Of a DNA stretch of 64,000 nucleotides, positions 48,936-62,114 are shown piece by piece. The notes below the pieces were generated by a model. It ran no database searches, was not told where the DNA came from, and worked only from the letters and a program-made list of their open reading frames with translations. How positions within the stretch are numbered: position 1 is the first letter of the stretch; each line of letters opens with the position of its first letter. Location: the NCBI RefSeq assembly GCF_001194135.2, contig NC_068983.1:44638963-44702962 (forward strand), in the 5' to 3' direction. The stretch comes from Octopus bimaculoides. Lineage: Eukaryota. Both the position numbers and the translations under genes were made by a program.

Positions 48936-50781
48936 GTAAATCACTATATCTGGCAGTCATGGACTTAGGGCATCAGAGTACATTTGAATAAGAGCTAGAA
49001 TGTGTGAGTGAGTGTGTGTATGTGTGTGCGTGCATGTGTGTACATGTGCATATGTGTACACATGAATATATATGTCCATCCTGATACCTCATCACTACTA
49101 TAGTTTTTTTCCAGTTCCACCCTAGTCACCCCTACTCTCTCTTGCTTCTATAATGTGAGGAGTCACTGTGTAGCTCCCCTGCAGCAAGAAACCTGTTCTA
49201 TTCTGGCGCTTTCTCATATTTTAACCCCTCATCTCCTAACATAAATCCACCTTTCTCTCTTTTGTAGCCATGTTCAGTCAAAGGGGATCAGGCAAGTCAC
49301 GCAACCTCTCTAGTACTGGTGCCTCTCCACCCCCAAAAAAGCATCTGGTGCATGTTGTTAAATGGTTAAGCATAAGGAAGGGCATTCAGCCATAGAAACC
49401 ATACCAAAGAAGACACTGGAGCATGATGCAGTCTTGGGTGAAGACCCCATTCAGTCATGAATGACATGGGAAGTTCCCCTCTGAAGCACAAGTCTGGGCA
49501 TGGCTCTTTTACTCTTTTACTTGTTTCAGTCATTTTGACTGCGGCCATGCTGGAGCACCGCCTTTAGTCGAGCAAAACAGCCCCGGGACTTTTTCTTTGA
49601 AAGCCTAGTACTTATTCTATCGGTCTCTTTTGCCGAACTGCTATGGAAGACTAATAGTTGCCCATATGTACCAGCCTTTCCTCTCCATGCCACTAATGTT
49701 ATCCAAGGGAAAGGAAAATTCTGATGCAGCTTGGCGCCAGTGACAATGCAACTCGTTTCTACGGCCAAGTGAACTGAAGCAACATGAAACAAAGTGTCTA
49801 GCTCAAGAACACAACACACAGCCCGTTCCGGGAATCAAACTCGCTACCTCATGGTTGCGAGAGTGACTCTCTAACCACTGAGCCATGCACCTTGTCTTGA
49901 CATCATGGTTGTAAATGAGCACCACTCTCATACAAGCAGTGCTGTTAGTTTCTAATATATGAAAAACATATCTGGCTATGGGGAAATATATACTTTGCTT
50001 GGAAACAAGTGGGGATTGGTGACAGGAAGGCACCCAATTATAGGAAATCTGCCCCAATAAATTCCATGTGACCCACACAAACATGAGAAGGTGGATGTTA
50101 AATGATGATGATGATATTTAATATGACAGACACCTGAAGAATGGCAGGGCTGGGATTATAATGGCTGAAACAAGGTAACAATAATAACGAAGGTGATGAC
50201 ATTTGTCTGAACACATCAGTTTATAATGAAGTATACTTATTTACAAGATGGTGCCAAATATACAGGTCTCCCTTCTATGTGAAATACATGTATGATGAGT
50301 GTCTATATACATGTGAGTTTGTTTGTATAAGTTTGTGTGAACATTTGTGTGTGGGTGGGTGGGGGAAAGTGAGACCTTACTAACCAATAGATTATGATTA
50401 CTCAATGTTGACTCAGCTGAAAAACAATTTGGTAGAAAGTACTTGCATTAAGGTCAAGTAGATATGAAACTCACCCCAATTTGCTGACTTGTTCAGCCCA
50501 TATTTCTCATATATGAATGTGTGTGTAAAATTTGACAGTGAAGTTTTGCTAGTCCTATAGCTTATTCACAGTTTGAATAAACCACAAACCCATTGAAGCT
50601 TTAAAGTTACTGTCAATTATAAGAAATAATAGACTCTACACACATTCTCTATTCAGTAAATGTTGTTTTTGTACATAAAAACAGTTGTTTTCAAAGTTTA
50701 CCGTTTGCTCTGCTTTCATCTCCTTGTTGTGTTCTGTCTGTTCAACCCTTGATACACACACACACACACACACATATATCA

Positions 50782-51050
50782 TACATATATAACAGGAATA
50801 ACCACTAAGGTGGATTCCATAATATGCTAGAAGACAATACCAGATTGCCTTACCACGAAGAATATGTTCTCAAGAAATTTCAGCAAAGCGCAATGAAAAG
50901 ATGTATCTTTTCATCTGTCTTGCTCATTTACATTCTGGCGTTTTGCTGAAATTTCTTGAGAACATATTCTTTGTGATAAGGCAATCTGGTGTCTTATTCA
51001 AGCATATTAGGAATCCACCTTGGTGGCTATTTCTCTTATTTATATATGTA
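50782..51050. mobile_element. Palindromic MITE with about 110-bp arms
   Basis: ...AGAATATGTTCTCAAGAAATTTCAGCAAA / TTTGCTGAAATTTCTTGAGAACATATTCT...; TA-rich ends. Confidence 0.85.
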
Positions 51051-51167
51051 ATATAATTCATAATCTTCAGATATTTTTAAGTATGCTAGGCCACTTGTTT
51101 AAATTGATATTAATTTATAGTATTAATTTCTACCCTCATTATTTAACTTTTATATATATATATATAT

Positions 51168-51202
<35 letters not shown>

Positions 51203-51585
51203 ATAAATGTCTGTTGTCCGTGCTGGCAAGGGTTGGACAGTTTGACTGGGCTGGCATGCTGGAGGGCTGCGCCAGCCTCCAGTCTGATTTGGCATGGTTT
51301 TCTATGGCTGAGAGTGTAATAGGGCTTATATGTGCCACTGGCACAGAAGCCATTTGTGTGACACTTGTATCTGTCACAAATGTGATTTTGCTTGACTTAA
51401 TGGGTCTTGTCAAGCATGACATAATGCCAAAGGTCTCAGTCATTGCCTCCGTGAGGCCCAACGTTCAAATGTTGATTTTTTTTTTTGTACATTCCACCAG
51501 CATGGGTGCACTTGGCTTGATAGGTCCTCTTAAGCAGAGCACATCGGCAAAGGTTTTGGTCACTAGTCATTGCCTCTGTAAGGTT

Positions 51586-51745
51586 CGAAGGTCATGCTTC
51601 ACTACCTCGTCCCATATCTTCCTGGGTCTACCTCTACCACAGGTTCCCTTCACAGTTAGAGATCAGTACTTCTTTACACAGCTGTCCTTATCCATACACA
51701 TCACATGACCATACCAGCGCAGTCGTCTCTCTTGCACACCACATT
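51586..51745 (-). mobile_element. RTE 3' fragment
   Basis: CGVQERRLRWYGHVMCMDKDSCVKKY*SLTVKGTCGRGRPRKIWDEVVKHDLR. Confidence 0.85.
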
Positions 51746-51960
51746 TGAGATTTGAACTCAGAACACTATAATTTGGATCAAATTCCACAAGACCGTCTAT
51801 TTAATTATCTAATGACTATTTACTATCTAAATAGTTGATACAGCCTCAGACATGGCTGTGTGGTCAAGAAGTTTGCTTATCCACTGCATTGTTTTGGATT
51901 CAGACCAACTGCATGGGTGCATGGCATCTTGGGCATGATGGAAACCAAAAGAAGTTTTAA

Positions 51961-52178
51961 CCCTTTCGTGACCAACCTGGCTGAAACCGGCTCTGGCTCT
52001 GAGTACAAATGTCTTGTTTTCATAAGTTTTGAATTAAAATCTGCCACCAAACTTTAATCACAATTTATGTTCCTAACACTAGCTTAATGATAACTAAGTT
52101 ATTTTACTAAATTCTTTGTTATATTTAAAGTAATTGAAAGAAATACAGCATCTTAAAATAAACACAGTAACGAAAGGG
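51961..52178. mobile_element. piggyBac-type MITE
   Basis: TTAA|CCCTTTCGT...ACGAAAGGG|TTAA. Confidence 0.9.
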
Positions 52179-53051
52179 TTAAACAATGATGGTGATGGTG
52201 ATGATGGTTGACAACATTTTAAACAGAAATTTATATTGATCTGCAATAATACAAAAGAAATTGTGTAAAGACTTACTCGAATATCTTTTATGCCAGATAT
52301 CTTATGAATGTAGGAAACTCATAAGTCTCTTGTTCAACAGTGCAGTTAGAATAGGATTTGGTTTTAGTATTTCTCAGTTGAAAAATAATACCCCAATATT
52401 TTTATCTACCACAAGCAAAGAAAGATTTACTGTCTTAGGAGTTAACTGAAACTTTCTATCAATGTTGTCATGAGCTGTCTATTGATCTCACTGTGTCTTG
52501 TAGTTTTAGATTATGCAACTGATTAAATTATTGGCAGTAACTTATATCCCAACGTCAACAGTGTTGAGTTATCAATAATGTCAAAAACCCATTGTTGTTT
52601 GTGTGGTGTGTAATTGTTACAGTGTTTTGGTTTATAGGAAAAACATGATTCATTGATTTGTACAACCATTCTAGATTTCTCAACCCTCTTTGGATTATAT
52701 ATGAATTTACACATACAAACATATATGTATATGGTCTTGTGGTCAAGATGTTTGCTTTGTATTCACATGGTTTCTGATTCAGTCTCACTGTGTGGTACCT
52801 TGGGCAATTGTCTTCTATTGTAGCTTGACCAATATCATGGAAGGGAAATTTACTTGACAGAAGCATGTTGTATGCATATAAAACAAAACGCACCACCCAG
52901 TCTAGGAATTGAAATCATGATCAATGAGTCGTGAATTTATATATATATATATGTATATGGGAGAATGTACGAAAAAAAACAACAACAGACGAGGACAGGT
53001 GGTGTAAACAACAAAAGGATGTATTAGTATGACGCTCGGGAATACGGGAAG

Positions 53052-53088
53052 TCTTCAGCGTTTCGAGCTACGCTCTTCAACAGAAAGA
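53052..53088 (-). ncRNA. Minimal hammerhead-like motif, family 2
   Basis: TCTTT-CTGTTGA-A-GAGC(gta)GCTC-GAAA-CG-CT-GAAGA. Confidence 0.45.
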
Positions 53089-53791
53089 ATACGGAGAAAA
53101 CAAGGAGAAAAGCACGGAGAAAAAAAATGAATGGTGTTTGGTCAACGATCTATCATTGCTTCTGCTGACCGGAAGTTTGGAAAATTTACACAGGAGAGCT
53201 AAGAAAAGGGGGAGATAACAAAGGGGGAGAAAGAACGGTGATCGAAGAACGAGGGGCTGTGTGTGTGAGAGAGAGAATGCTGGTGATCTTGAAGTATGCN
53301 NNNNNNNNNNNNNNNNNNNNNNNNNNNNNNNNNNNNNNNNNNNNNNNNNNNNNNNNNNNNNNNNNNNNNNNNNNNNNNNNNNNNNNNNNNNNNNNNNNNN
53401 NNNNNNNNNNNNNNNNNNNNNNNNNNNNNNNNNNNNNNNNNNNNNNNNNNNNNNNNNNNNNNNNNNNNNNNNNNNNNNNNNNNNNNNNNNNNNNNNNNNN
53501 NNNNNNNNNNNNNNNNNNNNNNNNNNNNNNNNNNNNNNNNNNNNNNNNNNNNNNNNNNNNNNNNNNNNNNNNNNNNNNNNNNNNNNNNNNNNNNNNNNNN
53601 NNNNNNNNNNNNNNNNNNNNNNNNNNNNNNNNNNNNNNNNNNNNNNNNNNNNNNNNNNNNNNNNNNNNNNNNNNNNNNNNNNNNNNNNNNNNNNNNNNNN
53701 NNNNNNNNNNNNNNNNNNNNNNNNNNNNNNNNNNNNNNNNNNNNNNNNNNNNNNNNNNNNNNNNNNNNNNNNNNNNNNNNNNNNNNNNNNN

Positions 53792-53850
<59 letters not shown>

Positions 53851-55847
53851 TACAAACATACATACATACATACATACATATGTATGTACGTGTACAGACT
53901 AAGTAGTACTTTTACCTCTTCAAAAGTAATTTGCTTTAGCCCACATCTGTAATGAAAGTTTTTTCTCTAAGTATGGGGGTGAAGACAAACAAACTATAAA
54001 CAGAACAAAAAGTCAAAATCTTTACAAATGATTTCATACTCTTTATATTTGGCACAGTTTTTCACATCCCATTTCTACTCATAACTTTTAATACAAAATG
54101 TTTTGTCCAGTTCATAGTTATCACATAAGCCCTTTACATAAATAAAAAAAAGTCATGCTGCTATAAAGTTAATTACCAAAATGTTATTTTATTTTGTGTT
54201 TTCATACATAAAGTGAGCAATCCATTTTCATGTATGTTACAATTTATTGGTCTTTCTGTTGATTGAAATTATTCAACTTAAACTGAATTTACTGGAAGGA
54301 AATAGTTTATATATTCAACTTGGGGAAAACTACCACCAAAGGAGAATTACTGTATTTGATGGCATAAAAGACATTAAATATTTCTTGAAAATGTGAAGGA
54401 GTTTGATCATACTCGTAGACCTTTATCAATAACATTCTTGCATTCTGTCAGTTATGACGACGAGTGTTCTAGTTGATCTGATGAACCAAATAGCCTATTT
54501 GTGAAATTCATGTGCAAGTGGCTGAGCACTCCACAGACATGCATGCATATCCTTAACATACTTCTCAGAGATTCAGCATGACACAGAATACGACAATGCT
54601 GGCCCATTGAGCTTCAGGTACATCTCATTTTTGCTAGCTGAGTGGATTGGAGCAATGTGAAATAAAGTGTCTTGCTCAAGGACACATTGTGCTGCTGGGT
54701 ATTGAACTCACAACCTCATGATTGTGAACTGAATCTGCTAACCACTAAATCGAGTAGTGCTACCTTAAGGCATAAGCACAGCAGGAGCACAGCAAAGGGC
54801 CCCCACAAGTATAGGAGCTTATTTCTGATCCATGTATTCTATGGCTTCTATACTTTAGGGCTCAGAGCATTGATTTGCCTGGGGGCCTACATTGCTACTA
54901 AGACAGCTCCAGCCTTCTTTTAAATCTTGGATTGGTAGTCTACTATCAGGTTGCACCATTACTGTGTGCTAGGGAAGCTCCTTCTGCCCATCATTGTATC
55001 AACCCTTGTATGCCCCAAGATTCAGTTTGTCTTCATCCTCTCCACTGTCTGCAATACTTCAGTTACTTATAAGTTGTTTCATCCAACAGCACCCACTCTT
55101 ACGCAATAACATTACCCTTCATTCCTCCCAAACATTCAATCGCTGGCATCCGTGCTAGTGGAGCACTAAGAGCACCATCTGAGCATGATTGTTGCCTGAG
55201 CAGCTGACTGGCTTCCATGCCAGTGGCACGAAAAAAGCACTATTCGAGCGTGATCGTTACCAGCGTTTCCTTACTGGCACGTGAAAAAACATTTGAGCGA
55301 GGTTGTTGCCAGTGCCACTAGACTGGCTTCTGTGCAGGTGGCATGTAAAAAACACCAATTGAGCATGGCCGTTGCCAGTACCACCTGACTGTCCCTTGTG
55401 CCAGTGGCACTTAAAAGCACCCGCTACACTCTCTGAGTGGTTGGCATTAGGGAGGGCATCCAGCTGTAGAAACTCTGCCAGATCAGATTGGAGCCTGGTG
55501 CAGCCATCTGGTTCACCAGTCCTCAGTCAAATCGTCCAACCCATGCCAGCATGGAAAGCGGATGTTAAACGATGATGATGATGATGAACTGTTACCGAAT
55601 GTCTCTCTTTGAGAGATTTAGTAATAATATTTCTGTTAGAATTTCAGTATGAAATGTAGAATGTATTTGATTTAACTAAAACCAACTATTCCATTAAAAA
55701 CTGGCAAATGGGTTTTTCAGAGCAGTTGAGTGTGAGTAAACTTTAAACAGCATCAAGATTAAATGCTAAATTGCCGGTCAACAACCGCCTTTGAAAAGAC
55801 AAAAACATTGTGAATAAAATGAACTTATTGTGAACTACGGACCTAAT

Positions 55848-55928
55848 GACGTTATGCACTAAACCTCTTAAATTTAGAATGATAGACTCATTATCATTCT
55901 AAATTTAAGAGGTTTAGTGCATAACGTC
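55848..55928. repeat. Perfect 37-bp inverted repeat with 7-nt loop
   Basis: GACGTTATGCACTAAACCTCTTAAATTTAGAATGATA-gactcat-TATCATTCTAAATTTAAGAGGTTTAGTGCATAACGTC. Confidence 0.95.
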
Positions 55929-56868
55929 TCATCTTAGAAATCCTTTTGAAGTTTTATCAATGTTTACATATTTCTAATATAAATTTTGTGAGTGATAAGT
56001 ACTTTATCATCATCATCATCATAATCATTATTTTAACATCCACTCTTCTATGCTTGCATGGGTCAAATAGAATTCATTGACGCAGATTTTTCTATGGTTG
56101 GATGCACTTCCTGTTACCAGTTTTCACTTGTTTCCAAGCATGGTAATTTTTGTCATGGCCTGACATGTTATCACAGAAGATTGGAAATGAATACACTGCC
56201 TGTATGAACATGTTACTCATTTACAAATACCATGTAATGTCAAGACAAGGAGATGCACACACACACACACGTGTGTGTGTGTGTGTGATGGTGAGTAGGG
56301 TGGTTTTTGGACACTGTGGTATGAAAAATGAAACCTGTCAAAGGGCAAATGAACTCAGGAGAGTCAAAAGTCTTCCAATTACATGATATATACATGTGTG
56401 TGTGTGTGTAGACCTAAAACTTTCTGGTTTGGTACTGAGGTATGCATTTAACTTACAAGGGTGAGTTGGGGGCTATAAATGAGAGAAAGAGAGTGAATTA
56501 GTGAGTGAGTGGAGAAAGTTAAGTTGAAAATTGAGTTGATGACCACGATACATATATCATCATTTCTGTGCTTGCATGAGTTGGATGGAATTTTTTGAGG
56601 CAGACTTTCTACGGCTGGATGCCCTTCCTGTCGTAAATCTCACCTGTTTCCGAGCAAGGTAATATTTCCACATAGCCAAATGTCTCAGAAAATCGGAAAT
56701 GGACACCACTTGTATGATGCTGACACTCACAACTATCATCCAGTGTCATGGCAAGAAGACAATAATATGCACACACTTATACACACACACACACACACAT
56801 ATATGAGCAAGTGGACAAATGAAAGTACACTCATCACATTCAGTAGGAGTTACATGTATTATTTAAAA

Positions 56869-57023
56869 CAGTTTGATTTGGTTCCATGTGACTCAAAGTT
56901 TCCCAGGCCTCCAACAGAAGCCCGTCTCCTTCAGGCTTAGATTATCGAATCTAATGGCTGAAAGAGATGGGCTTCTGTTAGGGGCTTGAGAAACTTTAAG
57001 TCACATGGAGCCAAATCAAACTG
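56869..57023. mobile_element. Fully palindromic MITE, about 155 bp
   Basis: CAGTTTGATTTGGTTCCATGTGAC...GTCACATGGAGCCAAATCAAACTG; apex TTAGATT-atcg-AATCTAA. Confidence 0.85.
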
Positions 57024-57530
57024 ATTTGAATAATGTATGTATGTATGTGTTTGTGTTTGTCTCCCACCACTGCTAGACAGCTGGTGTTGGTTTGTTTACA
57101 TCTCCGCAACTTAGCAGTATGAGAATAAGACAGCAAAAGAATAAGTACCAGGCTGAAAAAGAAATTCTTATGGAGGTTGAGTTGTTTGACTAAACCCTTG
57201 AAGGTGGTGCTACAGCATGGCCACAGTCTACCGACCGAAACAAATTTGATAAGAGATAAGATACACATAAGATAAACTATATACCTTGGTGATTTATATC
57301 GTTCATATTACAAAATGATCAGGTAGATGACCTGTTGATAGGGGAGGAAGACCTATGAATAATCCAAGATTATTTCTCATCCAACCTCTACGTGCTCATT
57401 CAACCTGCCAGAAATAACAATGATATTGCCTCATGATATTGAAACATAGGGTTTGTAGGACAAGATAGTTTCCTATATGTAAAAAAGATAGCATGATAAT
57501 GACTAGAATATGTTTGATCATAGACATAAT

Positions 57531-57826
57531 CAGTGGCGGACTGGGTCTAAAAATATTGGTTGTCAGGAGACTAAAGGGGCCCACCCGCAACTACGATGCT
57601 ATCATTTAATTTTTTTTGTTAGAAGTATTCTTTTCAACTTCCTACAAACACAGCTAGGCTGAAATAATTAATGCATTCTTCCAGGAGTAAATAAAAAAAT
57701 TCTCAAACTTAAGGGGATTGGCTCCTTAGATACTAACATTGCCCCCCCCCCCCCATATATGGATTCTAATGGTGCAGGGGCGTACTTGCCGTCGGGCAAG
57801 CTGGGAACCTAGCCAGTCTGCCACTG
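57531..57826. mobile_element. hAT-type MITE
   Basis: CAGTGGCGGACTGG...CCAGTCTGCCACTG; 8-bp TSD GACATAAT/GACCTAAT. Confidence 0.85.
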
Positions 57827-58108
57827 GACCTAATACACCTTGAAAAATAGGGCTTATAGGACAAGGTAGTTTCCTATATGTGAAAAAGATAAGCTGGTAG
57901 TGACTAGAATATATTTGATTATAAGCCTACATATTTAACATTCATTGCTGAGGCCAAAGCACAACTAGGTTATTTTCTGAGTGAGTGACTGTCTGTCTAT
58001 CGTTTCTCTTTCTCCATATGTTGAACTGTTAATCCTTACACATATTTTTTCTCTCTCTGTTTTGTTTCATTTTCTCAATCCTTTCTGTTGAGTTTCATTT
58101 TCTCAATC

Positions 58109-58144
58109 CTTTCTGTTGAAGAGTGTATGCTCGAAACATCAAAG
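58109..58144 (+). ncRNA. Minimal hammerhead-like motif, family 2
   Basis: CTTT-CTGTTGA-A-GAGT(gtat)GCTC-GAAA-CA-TC-AAAG; a 28-bp local tandem duplication lies immediately upstream. Confidence 0.45.
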
Positions 58145-58229
58145 ACTTTTCCATTCTTCCCGAGTGTCAAACTAACCTGTTATTGTTCCCTCACCTGTCT
58201 TTATCTTTTGTTTTCTGTAAATTTGAACT

Positions 58230-58260
<31 letters not shown>

Positions 58261-58261
<1 letters not shown>

Positions 58262-58722
58262 TAGTAAAGGTACCCGGCGTTGCCCGTGTTACATTGAATT
58301 GGAGAATTAGACTTTTCTTTTATATTTTCTCTAATGAACTGGAATACCTAGGATTTGAATTTCATCAAAATTGGATATTAAGAATTATAATGAGGGTTCT
58401 TTCCCTCTTTACACACACTAACAAAAATTCTAATCATGACATATCTATCCCATACTACTCATCTTTATGCCCAGATACCAAAATCCAAATCTTATGAAAC
58501 CTATTCAAAAGTTTTTGCTCCTGAAAAATGGAGCACATGGAGCTCTAAAATGTGAGAGTTAAGGCCCCTATTGGGTAGTGGGGTTAAAGTCAACCAGAGA
58601 AGTTGAATTGTTAGGAATCTTTATTAACTTTTGTCTTATATCTGTTGTTCTTTGAAATCAGAAATATATGAATATTCACTGGGTTTGTAAAAGAGAGCAA
58701 AGCTACAGGAAACCTATATATA
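58261..58722 (-). mobile_element. Helitron-like non-autonomous element, 3' end at 58261
   Basis: Minus strand ends CACGGGCAACGCCGGGTACCTTTA-CTAG (GC-rich subterminal segment then CTAG), inserted in a CA repeat; the other end is probably lost in the gap. Confidence 0.55.
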
Positions 58723-61700
58723 NNNNNNNNNNNNNNNNNNNNNNNNNNNNNNNNNNNNNNNNNNNNNNNNNNNNNNNNNNNNNNNNNNNNNNNNNNNNNN
58801 NNNNNNNNNNNNNNNNNNNNNNNNNNNNNNNNNNNNNNNNNNNNNNNNNNNNNNNNNNNNNNNNNNNNNNNNNNNNNNNNNNNNNNNNNNNNNNNNNNNN
58901 NNNNNNNNNNNNNNNNNNNNNNNNNNNNNNNNNNNNNNNNNNNNNNNNNNNNNNNNNNNNNNNNNNNNNNNNNNNNNNNNNNNNNNNNNNNNNNNNNNNN
59001 NNNNNNNNNNNNNNNNNNNNNNNNNNNNNNNNNNNNNNNNNNNNNNNNNNNNNNNNNNNNNNNNNNNNNNNNNNNNNNNNNNNNNNNNNNNNNNNNNNNN
59101 NNNNNNNNNNNNNNNNNNNNNNNNNNNNNNNNNNNNNNNNNNNNNNNNNNNNNNNNNNNNNNNNNNNNNNNNNNNNNNNNNNNNNNNNNNNNNNNNNNNN
59201 NNNNNNNNNNNNNNNNNNNNNNNNNNNNNNNNNNNNNNNNNNNNNNNNNNNNNNNNNNNNNNNNNNNNNNNNNNNNNNNNNNNNNNNNNNNNNNNNNNNN
59301 NNNNNNNNNNNNNNNNNNNNNNNNNNNNNNNNNNNNNNNNNNNNNNNNNNNNNNNNNNNNNNNNNNNNNNNNNNNNNNNNNNNNNNNNNNNNNNNNNNNN
59401 NNNNNNNNNNNNNNNNNNNNNNNNNNNNNNNNNNNNNNNNNNNNNNNNNNNNNNNNNNNNNNNNNNNNNNNNNNNNNNNNNNNNNNNNNNNNNNNNNNNN
59501 NNNNNNNNNNNNNNNNNNNNNNNNNNNNATATAAAGTCATAAATGACAGAGAAAAGAAAAATCTAATATCATGACAGATTGTTTTGTAACTTAAAAACAT
59601 GGAAATAATTTATATTGTGTTTAATAATAAATAAATTACTTACATGTCTGCATTAATGTAAGATGCAAAAAAAATCCTTCAAAATACAGCAGAATTTATA
59701 TATGTGCTAATCATCATCATCATCATTTAACATCTGTTTTCCATGCTGGCATGGGTTGGATGGTTTGACTGAGGTCTGGAAAGCCAGCAGCTGCACCAGG
59801 CTCCAGTCTGATCTGGCAATGCTTCTACAGCTGGATGCTCTTCCTAATGCCAACCACTCCGAGAGTGTAGTGAGTGCTTTTTATGTGCCACCGGTACAGT
59901 AGCCAGTCAGTCGGCCCTGGCATCGTTCACATTCGGCTGGTGCTTTTCACATGCCACCCGGAACAGGAGCCAGTCAGGAAGCACTGGCATCGGCCACGTT
60001 TGGATGGTGCTTTTTATGTGCCACTGGCACAGGAGCTGCTCAGGTGGGCCTGGCATCGATCACATTCGGATAGTGCGTCGATATATATTATATAACTAAC
60101 AAGAATATGAAACTGCTATAAACAAATGGAAATAACATCTCACTTACCTCAGTTGTCTTATCTGAGGTACACACACACACATGCATACACTTTTCAACCT
60201 TTTACTTGTTTTAGTCATTAGATAGCAGCCATGCTGGGGCCTTCAAGGATTTTAGTTGAATGAATCGACTCTGGGACTTATTCTGTTGGCCCCTTTTGCC
60301 AAACCACTAAGTTATGGGGACATTAACACACCAACACTGTGATGGAGGACAGACACACACACACACACACACACACACAATTATATGACAAACTTTCTGT
60401 TTCTGTCTAATAAATCTACTATTCACAATGCTCTGGTCAGCCCAAGATTGTCCATGGTGTCATGCAGTGAGACTGAACCTGGAATCTTGTGGTTGGGAAG
60501 CAAACTTCTTGCCTATATATATATATATATATATATATCATCATCATCATTTAACATCCTTTTTCCATGTTGGCATGGGTTGACTGCTTTGACAGGAGCT
60601 GGCTGACACAAGACTGCACCAGGCTTCACTGGCTGTTTTGGTATGTTTTTTTTATGGACGGATGCCCTTCCTAACACCAACCAAAATATGATCATTTAAA
60701 ATTTGAATATATTTTCTTGGCAGTTTGTGGATTTAAAATAATTCAGTATTATGTTCAGAGATGATAAAACATCCTTGATAATTCAAGAATAATAGACTTT
60801 CAAGTTCACACCATGTTCATCTAAGTGGATAATTAACCTTTTCAGGAACCTCACCCTGAGTGGGAACATGCAGTTATTAAGAATTGGTTTCTTGAACAAG
60901 CTTTTTCTTTCTTTGCCTGTTTGGCCTTGGTTGGTTGGTTGGTTTCTCCCTTGGGCAGTTTCAGCAGCATATAAGAGAAGACTCTTGCCAGCTCCCTTGC
61001 TTAACTCTTCACCATTTCTGAAGAAAGGCTAGTCATGAGTTGTCCTTTTTTTCCATTCCTTGCAGTAGAGATTCTGAGAGAGAGAGAAATTGATTCCAGT
61101 ACTTGGTCAGTATTTTATATATCAACCATAGAAAGATAAAAAATAAAGTTAACCAGATCCAGACTTGAATGCAGATAGCTAGAACAAACATAACGAGGCA
61201 TTTTATCTGGTGTCTAAATGACTGAATCTACTGCCCTTTTTAGAATCTTGTTTTAATATTCACTGGAATTATCTAATTCTTTACTTTTAAACTTTTATCA
61301 TTGTTTTGAGTGGCTGTGTTGTAAGTAGTTTGCTTACCAACCACATGGTTCCGGGTTCAGTCCCACTGCGTGACACCTTGGGCGAGTGTCTTCTACTAAA
61401 GTCTCGGGCTGACCAAAGCTTTGTGACTGGATTTGTTAGACGGAAACTGAAAGAAGCCTATCATATGTGTGTGTGTGTGTGTGTATGTGTTTATGCCCCC
61501 ACCATTGCTTGACAACCGATGTTGGTGTGTTTACCTCCTTGTAAACTTAGGAGCTCAGCAAAAGAGATGGATAGAATAAGTACTAGGCTTTCAAAGAATA
61601 AGTCCTGGGGTTGATTTGTNNNNNNNNNNNNNNNNNNNNNNNNNNNNNNNNNNNNNNNNNNNNNNNNNNNNNNNNNNNNNNNNNNNNNNNNNNNNNNNNN

Positions 61701-62067
61701 NNNNNNNNNNNNNNNNNNNTATATATATATATATATACACACACACAACAGGCTTCCACACAGTTTCCACCTATCAGATTCACTTATAAGGTATTGGTCA
61801 GCGAGGTACTATGCAATGGAACTGAACCCAGAACCATGTGATTGCAAAATGAGCTTAACTTCATGTCTATTCCTAATATATTACATCTTGTGAGGCTGAC
61901 ATATATGTAATAGATAGGTGCAGCTTGCTTCTCAACCACATGGTTCCAGGTTCAGTTTCATTTTGTGGTACTTTGGGCAAGTGTCTTCTATTATATCCTT
62001 GGGCTTGCAAGGCCTTATGAGTGGATTTGGTAGACAGAAACTGAAATAAGCCTGTCGAACATGCGCG

Positions 62068-62114
<47 letters not shown>

